Assembly (NCBI GenBank): GCA_965644315.1
Contig: CBFFRQ010000042.1
Coordinates: forward strand, 372,001-436,000
Direction of reading: 5' to 3'
DNA: 64,000 bases
Source of the DNA: Caecitellus pseudoparvulus
Taxonomy: Eukaryota; Protista; Bigyra: Bicosoecida
Shown here piece by piece: positions 53,792 to 64,000 of this stretch; position 1 is the first letter of the stretch; the number at the start of each line of letters is the position of its first letter. The position numbers and the translations under genes are program-made. Below the pieces are notes generated by a model. The model made no database searches. It had not been told where the DNA came from and was given only the letters and a program-made list of their open reading frames with translations.

Positions 53792-56700
53792 ATGGCTCTG
53801 CGACACGGCTCAGCGTCCGAGCAGAAACGGCCGGCAGGGTCACAACATCCACATGCGACGCCCGAGGACGTGTCCATCCGGACGGAGGACGCTGTGCTGT
53901 CGCGAAAAGACATCGATTCCCGCGGCTCCACGCGAGATGGAGTCGTGACTCGACTCAGCTTTGAAGCATTGGACGCGGGGGGCAGCGATGGCGTTTCGAG
54001 TGAAACCCCTGCAGTAGTCCACATCCCGCGCTCACTGGCCACGATCGTCGCAGACGCTAAGGGACCCGAAGGCAAGTCGCCCCCTCCCCCTTTCAAAGAC
54101 ACCTCCCTCGCTTCGAGGCTGTGGCTGCACACTGTGCCCCAGGCGGAGCTGGTCGCCGCCGCGACACGCCAGGACGCGCACAGCGCCCTGGCATCTTTTT
54201 TGACGTGCCTGCACGCCGCCCGGGCGCGGGGGCTGTGGGGCGAAGGCAACGTCACCTGGCCCACTGGGCCCCCCACTGCCACCCCCGCCCATCCCCTGGT
54301 CACGGCCTGTTGTCGCCTGGGCTGGTGCGTGCTGGCCGCCCAGCACGGCCGCCACCTCACGGCATACCTGGCGGGGGGAGGACGGGAGCCACAGGGCCCC
54401 TGCACCCCCGCCTCCCTCTCTGCCATCACGTCGGCGGTCCTGACTGCACTGGGCGCGGAGGGGGCCGTGCCGGGGGACGCTGCGTGCCCCCCCCCTCCCC
54501 CCGCCACTGTAGGCGCCCTGTGCTCCAGCCTGGGGCAGCTGGCAGCGGCGTGGGCGGGGGAGGTGCAACCCCGGGCGTCCAGGCCCCCCTGGGCGTGCGA
54601 CCTGCAGGCGGCCTTGGGGGCGGTGCTGGCCCCCGCGCCACCCCCCCCTCACACCCCCCTGCCGGCCCTCAGCACCACCACCATGCAGGCGGTGTGGTCG
54701 GCCCTGGCGCTGTGCACGGGGGCGGCCTTTGCCTTGAACCTGGCGGCGGTGCAGAGCACGGGGGCTGTGGCGGAGCTGTGCCAGGCGGTGGATGGGCGTG
54801 TGCGGCGGGCGACCCCCCCCTCCTGCGCGTCGTGGGGGGGGGTCGACCTGGCAGCCCTGCACGACGCCGCCGCCCAGTCTCGGCGCGCCTCGGACAAACA
54901 CTTGCAGCACTGCATGCGCACGAGCGGCGTGGCCATGGCTGCCGCGGGCGGTGGCTCTGTGCGTGCCCCCTCCCCCTGGCAATGCCTGGCTGCGGCGGCG
55001 GCTGCGGTGCTGAGCGCGGAGGGGGGGGTGGGAGGCGACACGCACCCCCCCTCCTCCGCCCTGCTGGTGCCTCCCTCAGCCCGGCAGCACGCCAGCCACG
55101 TGCCGGCGTTGAATGTCTTGGTGCGGCAGTGCCTGTCAGCGTGTCGCGTGGGGGGGGTGTTGGACGTCGCGGAGGGGGGGTGGGTGGCGCCCTACCTCCC
55201 GCCCACCACGCAGCCGCCCGCGCCACGCCAGACAGGGCTGCCGTCCCACGTGGCCCTGACTGAAGGCGCCCCCCCCACTCCCCTGCTACCGGCCCTGGTG
55301 GCGGTGGTGAGTGGGGCGCCTCCGCATACCGCCCTGCTGCGCTGGGCGTGTGACGGCACCACCAAGGCTGGGGCCATGCATGGGCCCATGGCGCGGGCGG
55401 TGGGCGGAGGACTGCCCTCGCAGTCCAAGTGGACCCAGTCCTCCCCTGCCACCCTCCCCCCCCGGCTGCGTCTGTACGTGCCCCGGGCAGTGCACCCCGC
55501 ACCCTGCCGCGAGTTGCTGCTGGGGCAGCTGCGCGAGGCAGGCCTGGCGCCACAACCAGACGGCGAAGGCAGTGGCAGTGGCAGTGGCAGTGGCGGGCGA
55601 GGCTCGGCGGTGTTCCTGTCGCCCCTGCTGCTGCGGGGCTTCTCAGGGGACGACGGGCGGCCCACCCTGCCAGGCGCCTTGGCGGAGGGGCAGACCCCCC
55701 CCTCACTCCTGCCGCGCCTGCCTACCCTGGCGGCAGAGGAGGGGGAGGGGCAGGGGCCGGTGAAGGAGACGTGGCCGGTGGTGCTGGCTGCGATGACAGA
55801 TCGGCACCAGGCGTGGGTGCCCGGGGCCTGCCCCCTGCGACCAAGTACGGAGGGGGGTGCACACCCCCCTCCTCCCCCCCTGCAAGCTGAGCTGGTGGGA
55901 GTGGGGGCCGCCCCCCGCGCAGTGGTGACGCTGCCCACCCTGTCCCCGGCACAGCTGGAGTCTCCGCAGGCGGCTGGATGGCTGCGCACCCTGCGTGAAG
56001 CTCTGTGTGCGGGGGGCACCTTGGCAGTGCTGCGGGGGGGGGGAGGGGGGGGCGTCACGGGCACCCCTCCCGCTTCTGCTGTCCGCCTGCGAATCTTGCG
56101 GTTGCTGCCGCCTCCCCAGGCGCCCACTGGCGTGGGGGGTGGCGCCACCCCTGCCGCAGTGCACTTGGCCCTGGAGGGTCCCCTGGATGAGGGTGGGCCG
56201 GGGGGGGACCCCGGCGCCCCCCGCCCCGCCTGGACATGGTGGACTCAGGCCCCCGCCCCGCCCCACCTGGTGTGGCACCAGGGCACAGCATCCTGGACGC
56301 CGCCCCCCCTCAACACACACCCCGCGCCTCAGGTGTCCCAAGCGGGCTGGCTCCTGGGCTGGTTCGCGGGGTGCGGCCTGCTGAACCGCGTCGGCTTCGG
56401 CGCCCGCCTGTCCCCCCTCCTCGCCGCCGCGGCGCTGCCAGACACACTGCACGGCGGCGGCCCTGGCGGCGGGGGCGTGCCCCTCACGGCGCAGGTGGCC
56501 CTGGACTGCGGCGGCCTGGACACGCTGCACCAGGTGGCCCAGCTAGCAGACATGGCGGGGGGGGACCTGAGCGCCTTTGCTGAGCTACAAGGGGTGGACG
56601 TGCCCGCCATGCGGCAGGCAGCGGTGGCCCTGCTGCAGCCGCCGCCGCGGGGGGGGGGCTGGAGCGCACGCCGGCCATGGAGGGGGGGTGCAGGGGGGTG

Positions 56701-57897
56701 GCCGCAGCAAGGTGGTGCCTGTGCAGATGGCGGGTGCAGGGGGGTGTCGACGGGGGGCGCAGGTGGTGGTGGTGCTGTGGGGGGGGGGGCGTGGAGGAGC
56801 CGGGTGTTGCTGGGGACGCACAGGTCATGCCGTCCCCGCCCAACCACCCCGCACCCGTGGACGACACCGCCCCCGCCCCCACTGCACACGTGGACAGCCA
56901 GGTGGAGGAGGAGGACGACGCCTTCCGTCTGCTGTTCCTGTGGCACACGGCGGTGGGGGGGCTGGTGGAGGGGGGGGCGTCTGTGGAGGGCACCCCCCCC
57001 TCGCCCCCCCTCTCCGCCCCCCCCTTCCTCACCGGCTTCCGTCGCGGGTTCTGGGAGGCCCTTGGGCCTGCTGGCATGGCAGTGCTGGTGCGCAGTGGCT
57101 TCACAGCCACGGACCTCGTGCATGCGACGGGGGGTGCTGGCGTGGCGGCAGGGGGGGTGGGCCTGGCCGCTGCTGGGCCCACCGGAGGCGCCGCGGACTG
57201 GGGGTGGGCCGGCCCCGCCGCCGCTGAGCTGGACGTGCAGGGCACCTTCCGCATCGTGTACGACGCGGACGCAGGGTCGGAGCGCAATGCGCCCCTGCGC
57301 CAGGCGCTGTGGGAGGTGGTGGCGGGCTGGCCGCTGGCCACGCGGCGGGCGTTTCTCTCCTTCGTCACAGGCACCAGCACACTGCCGCTGCCTGGCGCGG
57401 AGGCGCTGCGAGTGGACATGCCACACATGCCCATGGGCCTGGCCCAGCACGCGGGCATGCTGGCCACTCTGCCCACCGCCCACACCTGCACCAATGCGCT
57501 TGAGCTGCCGCCGTACTGGCTGTCCCTGCAGGCGCTGGTGCGGGGGGCGGAGGGGGGGGGTGCCGGCTGGGCAGCTGCCGCAGCCAAGCTGCCGCCCTGC
57601 CTGCCCAGAGCTGCCGCTGCCTGGCGCGGCGTGGACGCGGCGGGGCTCAAGGCGTGGCTGGGCGCCGTGCTGAATGACAGGCTGTCCCTGGCTGTGCAGG
57701 CGGCCGGGGCGGACTACGGGCTGGATGAGGCGGTGCCTGGGGCGGCGCGCGGGGGCAGGGCGGACGCAGGGCCATCTACTCCTGGGCGAGGGGCCAGCAC
57801 ACCTGACAGCGACGACGACGACGACGCGCTGCTGGCCCTCGCGGGGGGGGACCGCCCCGGCAAGGTGCAAATGTTTGGGGGGGGCACAACGCAGTGA
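53792..57897 (+). CDS. Divergent HECT-domain E3 ubiquitin ligase, with the frame broken in G-homopolymers at about 56650-56790
   Basis: N-lobe-like WLLGWFAGCGLLNRV in one frame. GFRRGFW, LWEVVAGW..RRAFLSFVTGTSTLP and catalytic LPTAHTCTNALELPPY in another frame. Confidence 0.75.
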
Positions 57898-58105
57898 CAT
57901 GGGCACCCTCCCCCAAGTCAGCGTCAGTGCGCGAATGCAGTGGTGATTTCGCACACGCCACGGCCCGCTCGTCCCGGTGCTGGCTGCCTCGGGCGTGTGT
58001 TGCCCGGCAGTGCGTGGGCCCGTTGGGTGCGGAAATTGCCTCGCTCCCAGCGGCGGCCGGCCCCCCACGCCGTCGGCATCGCTCGCTCCTCGCGTGCCCT
58101 GCACC

Positions 58106-61100
58106 ATGGCACAAGAATCGTACTATGCCAATTTTACAAAAGCAAAGGGGGTGCGTGTTGGGCTGCGCGCGACTCCCCCTGGCGCCCCAAGTGCCTGCCG
58201 TTAGACTGGCTGGCCTGCTCCCTGCTTGCTCGGCACGCACCCTCCCCCCTCCCCCCTTACCGCAGGTGCCAGTGACAGGCGCCGACAAGAAGCGCCTCTT
58301 GACGGACCGCTCGGCGTACATCAGCTTCCTGGAGGTGCAGCTGGAGCGCGTGACGGCGGCGGTGCTCACGGCGCAGGGCTTCAGCGACCGCATCGACGAC
58401 CAGCAGCGCAGCGTGACGGCGGCCCACACGAAGATCGTGAACCTCACCAAGCTCGTGCAGCTGGCACAGACGTACAGCGAAAAGCTGGGCGCAGAGACGT
58501 CTGCCTCGGTGCAGTCCGCCAAGGCTGCCACCGCCGCCCTGGCCACGCAGTACGAGGGCGTTGCGCATGCAGTCGCTGCGTTGCGGGCCAAAGCCACGTC
58601 GGCGAGTGAGGCGGCGGCAGGGCAGGCTGCCTCCCTGGCCTCCCTGCAGAGCACAGTGGATAGTCTGCAGGGCGCCTTGACGGCTCGTGACGGCGCCATG
58701 GATGCCCTGAACGGCCGGCTTTCCGAGGCGACGGCGGCCTTCGCGCCCATTTCCGCAGTGCGCGCAGTGCAGAACCAGGCCGCAGCCGCCGCCCGGGACG
58801 CTGATGCCGCCGTGGCGTCATCTGAATCTGCCGCTCAGGAGGCTGTGGCGGCACGGGAGGCGGCGGAGAGCGCCGCGGGGCGTGCTGGCGCGGCGGAAAG
58901 TGCCGCCAGCAGAGCGCAGGGGCAGGCGGCTGGCGCGGCGGCGGAGGCGCAGAGCGCCCTGGACACCGCCCAGCGCGCCCAGAGCGCAGTGGAGGGCCTG
59001 ACACCACAGGTGACTGGCGCGGCCTCCGTGGCCGACCGTGCCCTCACCCGCGCCAGTGACCTGCAGACATCCCTGGCATCCCTGCGAGGGCACGTGGAGG
59101 GGGTGGAGGGGGAGCTGCGGGCGGGCTTGCGAGGGTGTGTCGTGGCAGGGGACTTCCTGCCCCTCCTGCGGCAGGGCCTGCGGGAGGAGGGGCTGGCGGG
59201 GGAGGTGGACGCCGCGCGGCGGGCTGCCACCGTGGCGTCCGAGGCGGTGGGGGAGGTGCAGGGGGCCCTGGCGGCAGCGCGGGCGGAGGCGGCGGGGGAG
59301 GCGGCGGGGGTGCGGGCGGAGGTGGGCCGGCTGCGGGGCGCCCTGGCGGAGAAGGATGACGTCATCGCAGGCCTGGAGGCGCGCCTGGCCACCCTGGAGA
59401 GCCGGGTGGCGGGGGGCACCTCCACGGCGGAGGCGGCCCTGGATGCTGCCGCCGCAGCCACGGCATCCGTGAAGGAGTGTGGGGAGCGCGTGGGGCGGCT
59501 GGAGGGCGCGGCGGCCGAGGCGGACGCCGCGACGCAGGGGGCGCTGGGTGCGCTGGAGGAGGGCTTGGCGGGGGTGGAGGAGCGCTGCACGAGTGTGGAG
59601 GGGGCGGTGGAGGAGTTGCTGGAGGGGGGGTGCAGCGGGGGTGCCCCCGCCTCGCCACGCCCCCCCCCTCCGCCCAGTGCAGCTCTGCAGGCAGTGCAAG
59701 ACACACAAGCCTCCATCGTGCGCCGTCTGGCGGGGCTGGAGGAGGCTGTGCACCGCGTGGGGCAGCGTGTGCAGCCGCGGCAGGCAGGCGTGCCACCCCC
59801 CCCCCACTACGCAGCAGCGGCAGTGGTGACGGCAGCCATGGGCAGCAGCACCGCAGTGCCACCCGCTACAGTGGGCTTCTCAGGCAGCTCTGTGGGCAGC
59901 ACAGTGTCCACAGCCAGCACAGCTGCCACCTCGAGCACTGCACCATCACCAAGCACTGGTGGGCAGGGCGGCGTGTTGGCCATGTTGGCGGCGCAGCGCG
60001 AAGTCATCAACGCACTCACGCAAGAAGTGCAGGAGCTGCAGCAACGCCTGGTTCACGTGCAAGAACAGGCAGAAGGGGGCGTCGCTGACGCCCTGGCTCG
60101 CAGCACTGCCGCGGAAGCGGCAGCCCGCGCGTTGGCTGACGATGCACTGGCGCGCTCCTCAGGAAACGCGCAGGTGGTGCTCAGCGCTTTGAAGACCATG
60201 GAAGCAAGGGTGTCCTCCCGCCTCTCCTCGGCTGCACCGGAAGCCCTGCGCAAGCTGGTGGGGCGGGAAGTTGACACAGCGGTGGGCCCGCTGGCGGCAA
60301 CGTGTGCTGCGCTGCGGTCAACACAGCAGCGCCTCAGCGCAGCACACGAAGACGTGGCTGGGAGACTGGCCAGCGCCGAGGAGGGCCTAGCAGTGCTGCA
60401 GCGCAGTGCTGCAAGCAGTCCCGACGGCGCCAGTGGAACTGTCATGTCCACAGCTGCCCGGGAGAGCGTCGTGGGGGACGTGCTGGCGCGGGTGCAGAGC
60501 AGCGTTTCGGCTGCCGAAGCGCGCTTGGCTCGGGAGGTGTCCAGCGCCATGGCGGCCTGGGACAGCAAGCAGCGCGCGTCCCTGGCCTCCCTAGAGGCCA
60601 CTGTGCAAGGCAATTCCCAACGCCTGCAGCACGGCCTGACGCAGATGGACGGTACTGTCGCATTGTGTCACCGCATCGCTGCTGACGTGCACACAGCACC
60701 CCGCCGCGCCAGCCGCACAGTGCAGGCCACCGCGACGCCGCCGCGCGTCGAGCGGCACACCGCACCGGTTGCGGGGGGGCATGACTTCCTGCCACCTGCG
60801 GGTTCCCCCCCCGGCGCGAGTTTGCGGCGTGCCAAGCCCCCCACCCACCCTCGCCCACCCCCTGGAACGTTCACGACTGCCGCGGCAAGTGCGGGGCGAC
60901 CCCATGTTGAGGTGCAGCCCATCAAGGGGCCCCTGAAGGTGCCCACGACGACCCCTCGCAGTCCTTCCCCGCCCCTCATCGGCCCCGCTGCGCTGTCGGA
61001 CCTCCTGGCTGCCGCCAGCTCCGACGCAGGCAGCACGCACTCAGGCACAAGTCGCCGCAGCGCGTCCAGTGCTCCCACTGCGCCACGCAGCAAGGCCAAG

Positions 61101-61196
61101 GGCACAGCCAAGGCCAGGCGTGTGGTGTCCAGCGCCTCCTCCAGGCGCAGCAAGGGCGCCGGAGTCGCCTCAGGGAAGGTTGGACGTGGCAAGTGA
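58106..61196 (+). CDS. Long coiled-coil protein with a globular N-terminal motif; 2 exons
   Basis: Exon 1 MAQESYYANFTKAKG (58106-58150), intron 58151..58265, then VPVTGADKKRLLTDRSAYISFLEVQLERV followed by extensive Ala/Glu heptads. Confidence 0.75.
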
Positions 61197-61423
61197 CGTC
61201 AGATGAGCCGTGCACCAGAAGCGGGGAAGGGTCCCAGTCACCCCCCCCCCCACCTCCGCCGAGGCCGCAGTGTAGATGCAGTGATCTGTAAATTTAACTT
61301 CACCCACACGTCCACGGTACCGTCACAACCAGCCCACCCGGCTCGCTCTCCCTCCGAACCTCGCTGAGGCATCGGGCAAACGTCACACCCACAAGGTGCA
61401 GTGCACATCACACTCCCACCAAC

Positions 61424-64000
61424 ATGGCAGCAGCTGTGGAAGGAGGAGCAGCCGCCATCCCAAAAGTTGGCGGCGCGAAGCACGGCCTGTCCACAGTTCG
61501 CGTGGAGGATGACACCTCCATCGGCCGCAGCTACAGCAAGAAACAGCGCATCATTGCCGGCATTGGTGCTGAGCGGCGCAAGTTGCGCACGCGTACCTTC
61601 GAACATGAACACGCTGACGCGCCAACGGTGGCATCATTGACCATGAAGTCTGTCAATCTCCGCACTGCTACCCGCGCTGAGATTTTGCAGTACTTCAACA
61701 ACACATGGTGAGTCAACGGGACGCCTCAGCAGCACTTGCCAATGTAGGCTCGGCGAAGCAGCCTGCGGGTACGGCTCCCGGAGGGCCTTGGGTTGGCTCA
61801 CGGCAGGCGAGGACGAGCTGGGGTGGCATGCAGTGCACTGGCGTTGACTTGGTTGCCTTGTTGGCGTGTGGGCTTGCGCAGGTGGCGCGGCATCGCTGTC
61901 TGGCCTTGGCGTGGTGCCCTGCCGGAATTCGCTCCCGCCACCCTCCGACCTGCACGGGTGCCGTAAATCCTGGACCAGTGCGCAGCATGGGCAGGCACCG
62001 CAACGGACACAGTAGCCAGACTCCGCTGTCTCTGCTGCCTTGCCTTGTGCCTCGGTTCCCTCGCTCTTTCCACTCTCTCCACACCTCACCGCTTGTGCCC
62101 CACATCACAGGGAGCTCACCAACACCCTCTTCTCTGCACTGCGAGATGACAGTGTTTTTTATGACATGCCCGACAAGCTGCGACGCCCCCTCATCTTCTA
62201 CTTCGCCCATCCTGCCGCTGTGTGCGTGGCAGGCGTGTGCTGTGGCTGCACCCGCCAGCGCTGCACAGCTCGTCGCCACTTGACTCTCCACAGGTATGCC
62301 AACAAGCTGCAGCTGGCGGGCCTGGGCGACCACATCGACCTGCACACCCAGAAGGTGTTCGAGACAGGGGTGGACGAGATGAGCTGGGACGACATGGACG
62401 GCATGCAGGTGCGCACGGCCATTCTGCAGCGTGGGACTCACGCAGCCTCGCGCCCTTCACTGCACTGCACACTGCCCACACCTGCGTGCAGAATGAAGAC
62501 TTTGCCTGGCCGACAGTGCGCGAGGCCATGGACTTCCGGCAGAAGGTGCGGCCTGTGCAGGTGCTGTGTGCGGCGCAGAAGTTCCCTGCTGGCGCCCTGG
62601 TGCAGGCACGCCTCCCACCGCACACACCCCCCACCTCGCACCACAGGTGTACGATGCCGTCGTGGCTCTCATCAAGTCCATGCCCGAACCTGCCAGCACG
62701 CCGCTGGGGCAGGCCAGCCCGTACTGGGCACTCTTCATGGGTTTCGAGCATGAGCGCATCCACCTGGAGACGTCGTCAGTGTTGATCAAGCAGCTGCCCG
62801 TGTCCAGTGTCAGGCGGCCTGGCAGGTGGCAGTACGGCCCTTCCTTTGCACGGACACCGACAGAGGCACCGGAAAACACCCTGCTGGACCTGCCCGCGAA
62901 GCAGGTGGTGCTGGGCAAGCCCCAGGATTTCCCGTCGTATGGCTGGGACAATGAGTACGGCAGCCGCAAGGTGGCGGTGCCTGCCTTCAAGGCGGCTTCC
63001 TTCCTCGTCACCAACGCTGAGTTCCTGCCCTTCGTCATGGCGGGTGGGTACACCCAGAAGAAGTACTGGGTGTCCCCTGCCGGTGACGACGAGGGCTGGC
63101 GGTGGGTAACCTTCCGCAACGCCACCCACCCCTCCTGGTGGGTGGCCACCAAGGCCATGCCCCAGTTCATCGGCGGCAAGCCCGGCCTGCCCTACCAGAA
63201 GGACGACGGCACAGAGGCTGCAGGGGACGGGGCCCAGTTCCGCCTGCGCGTCATGTTCGACATCGTGGACATGCCTTGGGACTGGCCGGTGGAGGTGAAC
63301 TACCTCGAGGCGCGTGCCTTCCTCAACTGGAAGGAGGAGTGCGCTTGCGGCGTCAAGTTCCGCATGCCCACAGAGGCAGAGTACCACGTCCTGAGGGCTG
63401 ATCCCTGTGCGCTGCCTGGCAGCGACACAGCGCCCGATGCCACTGCCGTGGCCGGAGGCGGCGCGGCCGGCTGCGTCCCTCGGCGCAGCGGCCCCGGGCT
63501 GCTGGCCCGGGAGGGTGACCCTGAGACGGGCCACTCCCCCATCACGCCCAGCCTTGAGGCGGGTTCCACAGACTCCCTGTCTGGCAAGGTGGACGTGATC
63601 ATGCAGGCGCAGGCGCCAGGCAACGTGAACATGCGCTTCGGCTCCAGCACGCCGGTGGACATGTTCCCACCCTCTGCCGCCGGCGCATTCGACACGCACG
63701 GCAACGTGTGGGAGTGGGCAGAGGACCACTTCGGCCCCCTGCCTGACTTCAACATCCACTTCCTGTACGACGACTTCTCCACGCCCTGCTTCGACGGCTG
63801 GCACACAATGATCCTGGGCGGCTCCTGGGTGTCCACGGGCGACCAAGCCTCCAACTTTGCTCGCTACGCCTTCCGTCGCCACTTCTTCCAGCACCTGGGT
63901 TTCAGGTACGTCGCCCTGCCTGGGGATGCCAAGGAGCCGTTCCCTGGCTGCGCCACGGTGGCCAACCTGTGGGAGGGGCATGGCGCGCTCAGTGCTGACC
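61424..64000 (+). CDS. ovoA: Ovothiol biosynthesis enzyme OvoA (5-histidylcysteine sulfoxide synthase; DinB-like + FGE-sulfatase domains), 3' truncated by the window
   Basis: YFNNTW, LRRPLIFYFAHPA, FETGVDEMSWDD, Fe-binding FEHERIHLETSSVLIKQLP, SYGWDNEYG, GNVWEW, LYDDFSTPCFDG, GGSWVSTG and FRRHFFQHLGFRY. Four introns. Confidence 0.93.

Noticed and set aside
1-64000. Hundreds of long overlapping ORFs (for example 8115..9764 minus, 23651..25699 minus, 35211..37073 plus, 43447..45576 plus, 62776..63981 minus)
   Set aside because: They are antisense or alternative-frame shadows of real genes, expected in GC-rich DNA with few stop codons, and they carry no motifs.

Overview
This is GC-rich, very gene-dense nuclear DNA from a unicellular eukaryote. 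Short GT-AG introns (typical donors GTGAGT/GTGCGT/GTACGT), the compact layout and the gene content suggest a flagellated protist, possibly a stramenopile; that assignment is inference. Most ORF-track entries are GC-driven antisense or alternative-frame artefacts, and most real genes had to be rebuilt by hand from exons. About 30 protein genes are supported: a kelch protein, PFDN4, VPS45, MRPL17, a GCFC/PAXBP1-like protein, a WD40 protein, metaxin, SAP18, MED14, EXO1, COMMD3, COA7, a Kv channel, Pol III C11, an S10 carboxypeptidase, CWC15, a UPF0658-like membrane protein, a CNBD-family channel, CENH3, two LRR proteins, a stand-alone ThiF/E1-like enzyme, an OSBP, SFT2, a HECT E3, coiled-coil proteins and the 5' part of ovothiol synthase OvoA. 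A U6 snRNA gene with a TATA box lies at about 32.4 kb. The least explained region is 16.6-23.5 kb. It holds three adjacent, apparently intronless paralogues carrying five copies of an unrecognised domain: an AP2-like N-half followed by RD[FY]...W-x5-P-x2-AAF...W[TKA]GP[TAE]P. Other points of interest are a CNBD channel with a non-GYG filter and an N-terminal KHA-like domain, a variant U6, and convergent genes whose stop codons overlap. No transposon, CRISPR array, rRNA or tRNA was recognised.
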